Under the pieces are notes generated by a model, which saw only the letters and a program-made list of their open reading frames with translations, made no database searches and had not been told where the DNA came from. A stretch of DNA of 64,000 bases from an uncultured Spirochaetota bacterium (GTDB lineage Bacteria > Spirochaetota > Brevinematia > Brevinematales > JAOACQ01), in assembly GCA_963835575.1 (NCBI GenBank), contig CAWIGG010000005.1, positions 224,001-288,000 of the forward strand, written 5' to 3'. The position numbers were made by a program, and so were the translations under genes. Each line of letters starts with the position of its first letter. Within the stretch, counting starts at the first letter, position 1. This document shows positions 10,167 through 20,386 of this stretch, one piece after another.

Positions 10167-11504
10167 TTACAAATTGGATATAATTGTACTGAATATACTG
10201 GTGTTGGTCCAAGGTGCAGCGTCATATCCTGTCCCGGAAGCAGGAATGTGAAGTATGCAGCTGGCGACATTGGAAAAACTGTCAGCTGCAATGACTGCCG
10301 GAGCTGTTATGGCCCTTATATTTAAAGATTTCAGGCTAACACAGTCTTTGAACGCCATGGTATTGATGTTCACGACGTTGCTTGACAGGGTCACATTGGT
10401 CAAACCGGTACAGCTGTCGAAAAGATTAGCGTCTATAGTTACAACTTTACCGGGAATAACCATGCTTTTCAGGTCCATGCACCAATGGAAAGCATTATCC
10501 TGGATTGTTGTAACGCTGCCGGGAATAATCAAGTTTGTAAGGCCGCAGGCATAGAAAGCGGAACTTCCGATTGTAGTCAAGCTGTCGGGGAGTGCCAGGC
10601 TTTTCAGAGCGCCGCACGAACCAAAACCGCCCCAGTCAATTCTGGTAATGCTGCCCGGAAGCTTGATGTTCTTTATTCCGGTGCAGAGATAGAATGCACA
10701 CATGGAGATATTGGAAATACTGCCCGGTATGATTAAATTTGTCAGTCTTTGGCAGTCATAGAACGCATAAGCTCCGATTGCAAGAAGACCTTCCGGAAAA
10801 GCGACATTCAATAAATTTGTGTCATACATGAACGCGCTTCCGCCTATATTTGTGACGTGAGCCGGAATTGCTATGTTCGCGATGCCGACGCAGCAGTAAA
10901 ACGCGAGATCGCCGATGGAAACAAGTGCGGATGGCAGCTTCAGGTTCGTTATACAGCAATTGCTGTAAAAAGCGCCGGGGCCTATATTGGTTACGCAGGA
11001 CGGAATGATAATCCCGGCCATCGCGGTCTGGTTGGAAAAACCGCCGTTTGTAACGGATGTTACCGGCAGTCCCAGGTGGGTTGATGGAATCACCGCCATG
11101 ATTCCCGACGTGACGGCCGTTCCCTTGTCTACACAGTATTCGGTACCGCCGTTGATCAGCGTGAAATTCAATCCGGCGGTCGCGGGCAGCCAATAAGCGA
11201 AAACGGTTATATCCCCGGTCACAGGGGTACTGGCCATAAATTCCGAGCCGCCTCCGTTGGTTTGGGTAAACCATCCTATAAAAGCGTACTCGTTTCTAGT
11301 CGGTTCAGCCGGCAAAGCGTCAACTGTTGTTGATGGAGATGAGACCGTTTTGCTGGGAACAGGCGACCCGCCCTGGCTGTCAAAGGTCACGGAATAAGTG
11401 TATTTTTTATCTGTATTGCCTGGTCCTGAAGAGCAGGCGTAGAACGAAAGAAGTCCGAGAATGGAAAAGATCATAACAATGCCTTGAGATATCTTCTGAG
11501 ACAT
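10167..11504 (-). CDS. Surface lipoprotein with InlB B-repeat and BspA-type leucine-rich repeats
   Basis: FYAC lipobox-like; VTFDSQGGS..PTRNEYAFIGWF..TVFAYW; repeated LxxLxIPxSVTxIxxxAFxxC; GGGAGG RBS. Confidence 0.88.
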   Translation of the reverse strand: MSQKISQGIVMIFSILGLLSFYACSSGPGNTDKKYTYSVTFDSQGGSPVPSKTVSSPSTTVDALPAEPTRNEYAFIGWFTQTNGGGSEFMASTPVTGDITVFAYWLPATAGLNFTLINGGTEYCVDKGTAVTSGIMAVIPSTHLGLPVTSVTNGGFSNQTAMAGIIIPSCVTNIGPGAFYSNCCITNLKLPSALVSIGDLAFYCCVGIANIAIPAHVTNIGGSAFMYDTNLLNVAFPEGLLAIGAYAFYDCQRLTNLIIPGSISNISMCAFYLCTGIKNIKLPGSITRIDWGGFGSCGALKSLALPDSLTTIGSSAFYACGLTNLIIPGSVTTIQDNAFHWCMDLKSMVIPGKVVTIDANLFDSCTGLTNVTLSSNVVNINTMAFKDCVSLKSLNIRAITAPAVIAADSFSNVASCILHIPASGTGYDAAPWTNTSIFSTIISNL

Positions 11505-11894
11505 AATAACCTCCCTACTAATAATTCGAGATTTTCCAAACTGCCTGCCGCTTTTGAAAGCCTCTTCACTTCTTTTACAATTATAATAGTACAAAAACAT
11601 TGTGTCAATCCAGTTTTGATTGTCGGCTCATCAAAAACTTCCTCCCTTCTTTATTTCTTCATTATCGGGGCATTATTCATCCTTTTTTTTCATAAAATCC
11701 AATGTCCCGGGCACTTCGGCCCTGCTCAGTGTAAACTCCGTCGAGGGGAAAAGGATGCCCTCTGAGGTTTTTTTTAATCGCTTGTCTTTGTAATTCCGAT
11801 GGGCATTCTTCAGGATATTTTGTAAGTTACCTTCTCTAATATATACCTTTCTCAGGTCACTGTCCATAGCTTTATTCGAAAGGCGGCCATCCTT

Positions 11895-13710
11895 GATACC
11901 GCTGAAAAATGCATTAACATACATTGCTGTAATTATATTAATGTGTCATAATATTTAACATAATTAATTGCAGGGTAATAAAATGAGTTTAAAAAGACAT
12001 AGCCAGGATGAACTATATTCGGTAACTAATTTGATGTCGGATTTACTTGAAGAAACAAACCCATTAAAGATATTTTCCAGGGAAATATATCCCATATTTC
12101 ATGATGGGGATTTTAAACATTTATACTCCAGGAAAGGACGCAATGGAATATCACCGGCATTTCTATCAATGGTTACCATTCTGCAATATTTTGATTCTCT
12201 GTCAGACTCAGAAGCAGCGGAAGCTGTGTATTTGCGGCTGGATTGGAAATACGCATTACATTTGCCGATCGAGAAAGTTTTCATTTTTGACTCTAGCACA
12301 CTCTGTAATTTCAGAAAGCGTTTTCGGAATAATGGAGAAGAAAATAACGCCTTTAAGAAAATGGTGGAGTTTTGCCGGGAAAAAGGTTTGATTAAAAGTA
12401 ATTCACACCAGCGTATTGACGCGACTCATATTGTAAAACATTTAAACCGGATATCAACGACAGAACTACTCTTCAGAACTGTGCGAGTATTACTGGAAGT
12501 ATTAGAAAGAAATAATCCCGTGTGGTATGAAGAAAATATTCCAGCGGATTTGATTGAACGCTACTCAAAGAAATTCAGTTCATTCGGGATGTCAAAGGGG
12601 AAGAGATCGGACAAGCAGGCGGAGATTGTGGAAGATGGCTATCGAATAACGCGGATGATTGAGGGTTCTAAGATAGAAAATGAAGAAGTCTTGAAACAGC
12701 TAAAAATAATGAAAACCGTATTTCAGGAAAATGTGATCATTCGAGAAAAAGAAGTAGGTGAAAAAGTGTTTATAGAAGTGGATGAAATAGAAAAGCCGAT
12801 GCAGAGCGTAATTGACCCGCGGGATACAACCATTCAATTAGGAAAGAAAGGAAAAACAAGCTGGTCAGGCGAGAAATGCCATATCGTTGAAACAGCAAAC
12901 AAAGGCGAGGTGAATTTCATAGTTGATATGATACCACAATCAAACAAGGAAAATGACAATAAAATATTACCGGAATTGGATAGAAGGAATGAAAATTCAA
13001 AATTAAATCCGAAGAAAATCTTTGCGGATAGCAATTATATCAGCAGCAGCGCGATTAAAGAATATGAAGATAAAGACCAGGTACTGATGGGATATATACA
13101 AAAAACTTCAAACGAAGTTCCGGCAGAATTCAGATTGGATAAATTTTCAATAGATATTCAAAACCGGAAAGCTGTCTGTCCGGCAGGAAAGACGAATGAT
13201 TCCTGGAATTTTAGTGAGAAAAGTAATTCGTATCAAGTGTCCTTTCACATGAAACATGCGGAAATTGTATAAATTATGGGTTATGTGTCAGAAGAACAAG
13301 TAAAAAGTGCGGGGGGCGAAAATTATGTATCACAAAAGAATACACAACTTTGTGCAAGCGGAGAGAAGAACAAAAGACCGATAAATTTAAAGAAGAAATG
13401 AAAGTTCGGGCACAAGTTGAATCGACGATAAGCGCACTGGTTCGATTTCATGGTTTAAGAATGATGAAATATAAAGGAGAATCAGGCCGTTCTCAGCAAT
13501 ATTACATGGCAGCCTGTGCTTTAAATTTAAAGAGATTTGTCAAAAAGTTAGTTTTAGAGATGAATTAAGGGAATTATGAAGTAGAATCATCTACTTTTAT
13601 TTGGATTTGGCGTCATTTTTGTTTTTGTGTCTTCAAGTGTTCAATTTTTTAAATCTTGAAGTTATCTAAGGAAATCGGTTTTTGTAAAGGTGCTATTTTT
13701 CAGCGGTATC
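11895..13710 (+). mobile_element. IS1182-like insertion sequence
   Basis: 16-bp IR GATACCGCTGAAAAAT / ATTTTTCAGCGGTATC; 6-bp duplication ATCCTT at 11889-11894 and 13711-13716. Confidence 0.9.
11983..13568 (+). pseudogene. IS1182-like transposase, frameshifted
   Basis: LSDSEAAE, RLDWKYAL, FDSSTLCNFR, RIDATH, ADSNY, CPAGK; frameshift near 13245, then R.QVESTIS..R.HGLR in another frame. Confidence 0.85.
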
Positions 13711-14072
13711 ATCCTTGGCGGCATGTATCTCTCTTCTATAATATATATAGCAGAATGCCATTGTCGATAGATTCAATCTTTAATAACTATTCTAAAAGCT
13801 GGAAAGGGAAAACCGCAGAGGGTTGCTACGTCTGGTAAACGGCTCTTTTATGATTAATTAGGCTCTTGATTGTATGATTATACTTTTTAGAAGTAGTCGG
13901 CCGGTCCCTGAGTAGCCCGAAGGGCGTATCGAAGGACCGGCTGCGGGCAAAACTACGCCCTCTGTGGGATGCCCTGTGTTTCAATCCATAATTTAGGAAG
14001 TACCGCATCCGGAAAAGTTTATTCTATGCCCCGCCGGGGGACAATATTGAAGGAAAAATAAAAAAAAAGTAG

Positions 14073-14140
14073 ATACAAAAGCGTCATTGCGAGCGTCATA
14101 CTTGCTCCTTTGCCGCTGACTTCAGCGCGAAGCAATCTGT
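14073..14140. repeat. 68-bp GTCATTGCGAG...GAAGCAATC repeat (second copy 16088-16155)
   Basis: Two equal-length copies with identical ends and diverged middle. Confidence 0.85.
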
Positions 14141-14334
14141 CGAAAAAATAAAGATGTTTTAATAAAAGAGAAGTACAAAAGCCCGGACACCGAGCGATGC
14201 ACTGAGCAACGTCGAAGTGTGATTTCCGAAGGAAATTGTATCGAGGTGTCCGTATTAAATTTCGCCCCATCAATATTTGCCATCCCGGCGTTAAATAAAT
14301 TATTATTTTGATATATTTGTCAAAGAGAAAACAA

Positions 14335-14541
14335 ATGAATTTTTTGAACGGCTGCAAAATCGAGAAAATCGGCGGCGATTCCTTCAGCATCTCAGCCGGC
14401 GCGGAAACCGATTATTTTATCGACAAACTGACCAGCTATGACATGCATAACGCTCCCTTCTATTATAGTGATGTCGAGGGCGGCTTTATCATCCAGGCCC
14501 GGATTGCGCCGGATTTTATGGAGACTTATGACGCTGGCGGT
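14335..14541 (+). pseudogene. DUF1349-family (concanavalin-like) gene, 5' part
   Basis: AGAETDYF..NAPFYY..EGGFIIQARI.PDF.ETYDAGG; ends at a nested hairpin ~14547-14599. Confidence 0.75.
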
Positions 14542-14752
14542 GATGTGGGGGGCGGCGCTGGCTGCCATGCCTGACGGCAGGCAGGCGCCAGCACCGTCCT
14601 ATTAGACCTCATGCAGAATTCGGAAAAATTGTACGCTCAGGTAACCTCAAGAGACAGAGGGTGCCCTTTAAGACATCCCCTTTGCTTGATAACATTGCTG
14701 GTATCATTACAGCAAGGTCAAGCCCATTGAGCTGGAGTTCCTCACTTCTTTA

Positions 14753-15232
14753 TTACTGGCAGATATAAATAGGACTATAATAATTGGCGACGAACGCGAA
14801 ATTTTCAGGATAAATATTACCGTTAACCACCTCATCTTCGGCATAAACCCAAACATAAAACTGATATTCACCCGCCACCGGGATAGTATATGTAACTGTA
14901 AATGTTCCCCCATTTAAACAATAGATGTTATTAGGAGGAAGTATGATAGAATTGTAGGGAGTATTCATCCACGGGATTGAATGCATATTTAAGAAATTTA
15001 TACCGGGCGCGATATAGTTATTGACAGTCCATGTAAAAGAAACTTGAGTTCCCTTTGATTGTAATGGTATACGGATTATCGGGTAGTTGGTATTAATGCC
15101 GGCTTTGTTTGAATTTGGAACAATTGCTTTAGGCTGAGAATCCGGGGAATTACTTATCCCCGGCTGATTGGAGCACCCTATGCACAAAGCGATTAATAAA
15201 CCGGGGACTAACCAGTTTGACTTGATTTTCAT
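14753..15232 (-). CDS. Hypothetical lipoprotein
   Basis: CIGC lipobox-like signal, AAGGAG RBS, beta-rich body; lies between the DUF1349 halves. Confidence 0.7.
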   Translation of the reverse strand: MKIKSNWLVPGLLIALCIGCSNQPGISNSPDSQPKAIVPNSNKAGINTNYPIIRIPLQSKGTQVSFTWTVNNYIAPGINFLNMHSIPWMNTPYNSIILPPNNIYCLNGGTFTVTYTIPVAGEYQFYVWVYAEDEVVNGNIYPENFAFVANYYSPIYICQ

Positions 15233-15536
15233 AAATCATCTCCTTAAATTTAATTTTTAGGTTAAGAACTGAAATACTTGTATAATAGATGAACAGCAAG
15301 ATATTTTTTACCTCCTTCCCGCCGGGTTTTTAAAAAGTATCCCGTTTATTCTTAACCATTATTATGACTATGTAGAATATCCGCATTCTTTTTTTATATT
15401 ACCTTATCTTGATCCATTCTACTGCCATCGGTCTGAAAAATCTACTTAAGGCCAAAGTAAGGATATATATATTAGTAAAAACCCTTCAAAAAAATGCAAT
15501 TATTTTATAATGAATTGTATTATAATGAATTATGCA

Positions 15537-15776
15537 TAAAATCGGATGCGGGCACGGTGTCCATCCGCGTTTCAAGGAAAGGCGATTACTGGGCCGTTCA
15601 TTACTCCATCAACGGCCTGGATTGGAAAAATGGTGCGGTATTTCCCGCTCGGGCTCAAAAAGAGGGCCGGGGCGGGGGTCTTTGCGCAGTCACCATTGGG
15701 GAAGGGGTGCGGGGTGGTCTTCGAAGGGCTGGTGATAGGGAGGAATGAGTTTAAGGATTTGAGAAAAGTGGTATAA
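15537..15776 (+). pseudogene. DUF1349-family gene, 3' part, frameshifted
   Basis: IRVSRKGDYWAVHYSINGLDWK / MVRYF..AGVFAQSPLGKGC.VVF..DLRK; shift in A5 run near 15626-15630. Confidence 0.75.
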
Positions 15777-16158
15777 TGTTGCCGCTGGGGTATTAACCAC
15801 GAAGAACACGAAGGACACGAAGACACACCAACGGAAGTGGGGAACGGACGGGGAAATCCGCGAATGTACGCGAAGGGAGGATGAGATATAATACTGAAGA
15901 TTTTATACGATTAAAAATATTGTAAGAGAATTTTTTTCATAATATCCGATTTTTCACACAGATTTTCACGGATGAAGGCGGATTTTTGAGGATTTAGTTA
16001 TTGTTTAAGATAGCTGATTAGTAAAAGTATTATTTCAACGCTGAGCCGCAGGATGCGGAGAACAAAAAAGAATACAAGAGCCATTCCATACAAAAGCGTC
16101 ATTGCGAGCGACATGCTCTCTCCTTTGTCTCTGACTTTAGCGCGAAGCAATCTGTTTG

Positions 16159-16236
16159 CTTAAAAATGGGCCGTCGGGTCAAGGCCGGGGCCGCGGTGCA
16201 GTCGCCAATGGGGTGGAGTGCGGAGGTGGACTTTTG
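16159..16236 (+). pseudogene. Second 3' fragment of DUF1349-family gene
   Basis: LKMGRRVKAGAAVQSPMGWSAEVDF aligns with LGLKKRAGAGVFAQSPLGKGCGVVF. Confidence 0.6.
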
Positions 16237-16356
16237 TTCACTTTCTTTGTCCAAGCGGCGACAATGCCTCGACCAGGCTCGGCAACCGCAATTCCTTTAT
16301 TATGTAATAAAAGCCAAGAAAGCGATGTCCCGAGCGAAGTCGAGGGGAAAACAGGT

Positions 16357-16625
16357 CGAGGCCATTTTCATACGAAGCTGTCTGATCGTATAGAGGTGTG
16401 TCATCCGGCTTTTGAAAAACGATGCCTAATAAAAATAGCCTCCTTATTACGCTGTCCATAGCTTTATGCGTCGGTTGCGGCATCCCTTCGATATGCCCTT
16501 TGGGTTACTCAGGGCAGGCCCTGCCGCAAGCATGTATCTCTCTTCTATTATTATGATAACGGATGACACATCAATAAATTGAGATATTTGATGTGCTGAT
16601 TATGGCCATGAGGAAAATGGCCTCG
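16357..16625. repeat. Structured repeat, copy B (34-bp REP-like insert in central loop)
   Basis: Outer IR CGAGGCCATTTTC/GAAAATGGCCTCG, inner IR GTGTCATCCG/CGGATGACAC, central stem TTGCGGCA/TGCCGCAA. Confidence 0.85.
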
Positions 16626-16916
16626 GGAATGGATATTATTTTAGCACTAGAATAAAATTCCTATTGTGAATAAATTATTTTTTGAATAAAATATTGTAAT
16701 GGAAGGAGGAATACTATATTAATTATACAAATGCTTTTTACGAGGAAGGGATCGCTCAAAAAAATGTAATTATTAATATTTTTTCCGAATTTTGCAAAAT
16801 TAAGGATGTTCAAGCGTATTATTAACAGGAACGGAATTTTACTTTACGGCCGCTCAGATCAGTATTCCAGTAGAAATGAGAGTAAGGATTTAAAGATAAA
16901 TTAGCGAGGTAAAATT

Positions 16917-17849
16917 ATGAAAGGATTTATTTTATTTGTTGCCTTTTTATTCGCGTTCAGTTCTGGAGTTTTTTCCGAGAAATATCATGGCGGGGATTAT
17001 TTCGGCGATCTTTCCGATAATGCGATTCTATACGGGAAGTGTGAAAGCCCGACAAACTTCAAGTGGGGATACCTGGACAAAGATCATAAAACGCTCATCA
17101 GTCCCCAGTATCACGCAGCCTCCTCTTTTTCCAACGGGACTGCCTTGATCGAGATGCCGGAAGGCAAATATTTCACTATCGATAAGAATGGTCAGATCAT
17201 AAAGGAGCATTTTCTCAGCGCCAAGGTAGAATACAGCAAAAACGACGATGATATCTATTATAAAAAGGGCGACATTCTCAATGTTCTGGCCTTATCGGGA
17301 TTGAACCTGAGGGAAGAGCCTTCAGTCGGTTCGAAATCGATCGTGAAGGTGAATTGCGGGGAATCCGTGGAAGTCCTGGAACTGCCCTCGGTAAAGTTTA
17401 CCTTCGAGAAAATAAACGGCTACTGGCTGAAAGTGAAATACAGGGAAAAAGAAGGCTATATTTTCGACGGGTATCTTTCAAAATATCCGGCTCCGGAAAA
17501 CAAGGGGAAAGAATGGGATAAAATCTCAGAATATGTTGAAAAACAAGTACAAGTAGGGAAACCGGTTAATTCCATAAGCTTAATAGTAACCCCCCCTTAT
17601 GATGATTACGATTCCTCTGAAGTAGAATATATAGTCGAATTTAAAGGCAATATTTACATTCATTCTATTTCAGGTTATGAGAACAGAACCGAAAAATTCT
17701 ACCTTCCCGATGTCCGGCTGAGCGAGGCCAGGATCATCGGCCTGTTATGCGGCGGGATTCAGGCCCAGGATAAGACCAAGCCTTATTATTTCTATGTCGA
17801 AAGGGATCAGAACGGACATATCTATATAGAATTTGACGTAGCATATTAA
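16917..17849 (+). CDS. Secreted protein with WG repeat and SH3b domain
   Basis: Signal peptide; KWGYLDK..ISPQY..ASSFSNG.A; GLNLREEPS..W.KV.Y..KEGYIFDGYL. Confidence 0.8.
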   Translation: MKGFILFVAFLFAFSSGVFSEKYHGGDYFGDLSDNAILYGKCESPTNFKWGYLDKDHKTLISPQYHAASSFSNGTALIEMPEGKYFTIDKNGQIIKEHFLSAKVEYSKNDDDIYYKKGDILNVLALSGLNLREEPSVGSKSIVKVNCGESVEVLELPSVKFTFEKINGYWLKVKYREKEGYIFDGYLSKYPAPENKGKEWDKISEYVEKQVQVGKPVNSISLIVTPPYDDYDSSEVEYIVEFKGNIYIHSISGYENRTEKFYLPDVRLSEARIIGLLCGGIQAQDKTKPYYFYVERDQNGHIYIEFDVAY

Positions 17850-17867
17850 AGCAAAATTAGAGGAATT

Positions 17868-18449
17868 ATGAATAAGAAATTTGTTTTCGGATTTATTTCC
17901 GGACTTATTCTAGGTGCGATTGCGGCATTTATTACTGATTATTTCTTAATACATTATGATCCCCTCGCTGACAAATCATATTACAAGAATCTCACAATTC
18001 AGAATGATTCGACCAATTCCGAGCTGGCCGCTTATACGATAGATGCAAAGTTTTACGATATAAACGGCACAGGTAAGGATAATCTTGCAATTAAGTTTTA
18101 TAAAAATGAGAATAACGGGAAATTTTATTTGCAATTTATCGGAAATAACAACACCAATTCGATTGACAATCCCGGCATACCGATCGATAAAATCCGGGTT
18201 TCCTACGATTCCAATCTTAATATTTATCATCAATATCTCTATGATAAAAACTATGGCTGTGTCGTGACTTTAGAAAGCCATCTGTTTGACGGCATCAGTT
18301 TCTATAAAATATTATCTTATGGAACAGTTCTGAGCAATAATAATTTACTGGATTATTTTGAAACTAATGATTACAACTATTCCAGATATATTTTTAATGA
18401 ATTCAATTTTTCAGATACCAATCGTTACTATATTGAAAACGATAAATAA
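17868..18449 (+). CDS. Hypothetical membrane-anchored protein
   Basis: N-terminal hydrophobic helix, AGAGGA RBS, adjacent to previous gene. Confidence 0.65.
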   Translation: MNKKFVFGFISGLILGAIAAFITDYFLIHYDPLADKSYYKNLTIQNDSTNSELAAYTIDAKFYDINGTGKDNLAIKFYKNENNGKFYLQFIGNNNTNSIDNPGIPIDKIRVSYDSNLNIYHQYLYDKNYGCVVTLESHLFDGISFYKILSYGTVLSNNNLLDYFETNDYNYSRYIFNEFNFSDTNRYYIENDK

Positions 18450-18571
18450 AATAATACCGGCAGCTTCCTCATCCCAGGGTAATGTTTTATCCTGACAGGC
18501 TGTTGGGGGTTTTACGATATTTCTTTCTTTTCGAAAAGAAAGAAATATCGCGCTAAAGAAAGAAAACAGGT

Positions 18572-18806
18572 CGAGGCCATTTTCATACGATGCTGTCTGA
18601 TCGTGTGGAGGTGTGTCATCCGGTTTTTGAAAAACAATTCCTAATTAAAATAGCCTCCTTATATCGCCGTCCGATGGCTTTATGCGTCGGTTTTGACATC
18701 CGTGTCAAAAGCATGCGCCTCTCTTCTATTATTATAATAACGGATGACACGTCAATAAATCGAGATATTTGATGTGCTGATTATGGCCAGGAGGAAAATG
18801 GCCTCG
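18572..18806. repeat. Structured repeat, copy C (uninterrupted, 235 bp)
   Basis: Same outer and inner IRs as copy B; central stem TTTTGACA-TCCG-TGTCAAAA. Confidence 0.85.
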
Positions 18807-18858
18807 GGAACGGATGGGGTAACCCGATGCACGGAAAATATTTTTTAAAAGAATTCTT

Positions 18859-20378
18859 GTAACTATCCAGCCACTAAAAAATAGTCACATGAAATATTTG
18901 CATTGAGCATGAAACCATGCTATTCTATAGCATGAATGAAGATAGAAGAGAAAAAGACTGTGCGGCCTGCTTAAAACGATTTGAAGGCATCATTGCTGAT
19001 TTACAAAACCAGATAAAGGAGCAGGGTTTAATCATTCAAAGACAAGCGGAAAAGATTAAGAAATTGGAAGAACAGCTTAATAAGGACAGCCATAACAGCA
19101 ATAAACCGCCGTCTTCCGATAATCCATTCCAAAATACAGTAAAGAATTTACGGAAAAAGAGCGGTAAAAAACAAGGCGGCCAGTTTGGACATAAGGGAAA
19201 TACTCTGAAGAAAGTAGAAAGCCCTGATAAGATCATAGAACATCAGGTTGAAAAATGTTCCTGTTGTGGAATTGATTTAAGTTCCGAATCAGTTAAGCGG
19301 ACGGAAAGAAGGCAGGTGTTCGATATACCTCCGATAAAAGTGGAAGTTACCGAACATCGCTCGGAAGTAAAAGATTGTCCGCATTGCGGTGCGAGAGTAA
19401 CGGCGGAGTTTCCGGAAGGCATAACCAATAAGGCACAGTATGGAAAAAACATTAAAGCGCATCTGGTCTATATGAAAACATATGGGTTGATACCCTATGA
19501 AAGGCTTTCGGAATACGCCGAATGTTTATTGGGAGTGCCGCTCAGCAAGGCAACGATTGAAGGATTTATCCGGGAGACCTACAATAAATTAGAAGAGTAT
19601 GAACAGAAAGTCATAGAACTGATACTAAAAGAAGTGGTTCTTCACTGTGATGAAACCGGTATTCGGATAAAAGGGTTATTAAAATGGCTCCATGTTGCCT
19701 CGAATGAACGTTTTACCTATTATTTTTCTCATGACAAACGCGGCACAGAGGCGATGCGTGCGATGGACATTCTCACAAGATTTACCGGTATTATTATCCA
19801 CGATGGATGGAAAAGTTATCTGGAATTCTTATGCCGTCATGGATTGTGTAATGTACACCATTTGAGAGAGCTAATCTGGATACATGAGGAAATGGGTCAG
19901 GAATGGGCTAAGGAGATGGGTAATCTTCTTATAAGGATTAAGAATGATAAAGAGGCAAGTTTTCCAATACCGGCGGAAAGGATTATAGAATATGATACGG
20001 AATATGACCGGATCATCGCGAAAGGATTTGCTGTAAATCCAACGCCTGAAAAGCCGGAAGGACTTGTTAAACGCGGCAGAAAAAAGCGGGGCAAGGTTTT
20101 ATGCCTATTAGACCGATTAAGAAAATATAAAGAATCTGTCCTTTTATTTATGCGGGAAAAAGATGTTCCATTCAGCAACAATTTGGCGGAACGGGATATC
20201 AGAATGATAAAAGTCCAGCAGAAAATATCAGGTACATTCAGAAGCTGGAATGGAGCGGCTGCCTTTTGCAGAATCAGGGGTTATATATCTACAGTAAAAA
20301 AGATGGGCGTCAGTGTTTATCAAGCCCTTATTGACGCGTTGAACGGCTCCGCTATTAAATATGCGGCTGGATAGTTAC
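18859..20378 (+). mobile_element. IS66-family element (single-ORF, ISBst12-like)
   Basis: IR GTAACTATCCAGCC / GGCTGGATAGTTAC; 8-bp duplication GAATTCTT at 18851-18858 and 20379-20386. Confidence 0.95.
18917..20374 (+). CDS. IS66-family transposase, apparently intact
   Basis: NSNKPPSSD, GGQFGHKG, CxxC zinc finger, LHCDETG, IHDGW, CNVHHLREL, NNLAERDIR. Confidence 0.95.
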   Translation: MLFYSMNEDRREKDCAACLKRFEGIIADLQNQIKEQGLIIQRQAEKIKKLEEQLNKDSHNSNKPPSSDNPFQNTVKNLRKKSGKKQGGQFGHKGNTLKKVESPDKIIEHQVEKCSCCGIDLSSESVKRTERRQVFDIPPIKVEVTEHRSEVKDCPHCGARVTAEFPEGITNKAQYGKNIKAHLVYMKTYGLIPYERLSEYAECLLGVPLSKATIEGFIRETYNKLEEYEQKVIELILKEVVLHCDETGIRIKGLLKWLHVASNERFTYYFSHDKRGTEAMRAMDILTRFTGIIIHDGWKSYLEFLCRHGLCNVHHLRELIWIHEEMGQEWAKEMGNLLIRIKNDKEASFPIPAERIIEYDTEYDRIIAKGFAVNPTPEKPEGLVKRGRKKRGKVLCLLDRLRKYKESVLLFMREKDVPFSNNLAERDIRMIKVQQKISGTFRSWNGAAAFCRIRGYISTVKKMGVSVYQALIDALNGSAIKYAAG

Positions 20379-20386
20379 GAATTCTT

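Larger units (their letters stand above)
11758..13822. repeat. Structured ~240-bp repeat, copy A (split by IS1182)
   Basis: Outer IR CCCTCTGAGGTTTT/AAAACCGCAGAGGG, inner IR GGCATTCT/AGAATGCC, core CTGTCCATAGCTTTAT...GCATGTATCTCTCTTCTAT shared with copy B. Confidence 0.7.

Noticed and set aside
13826..14390. Short minus-strand ORFs, and similar ones at 16156-16483, 18590-18772, 20614-20808
   Set aside because: They translate non-coding repeats; only the DUF1349 remnant is retained.
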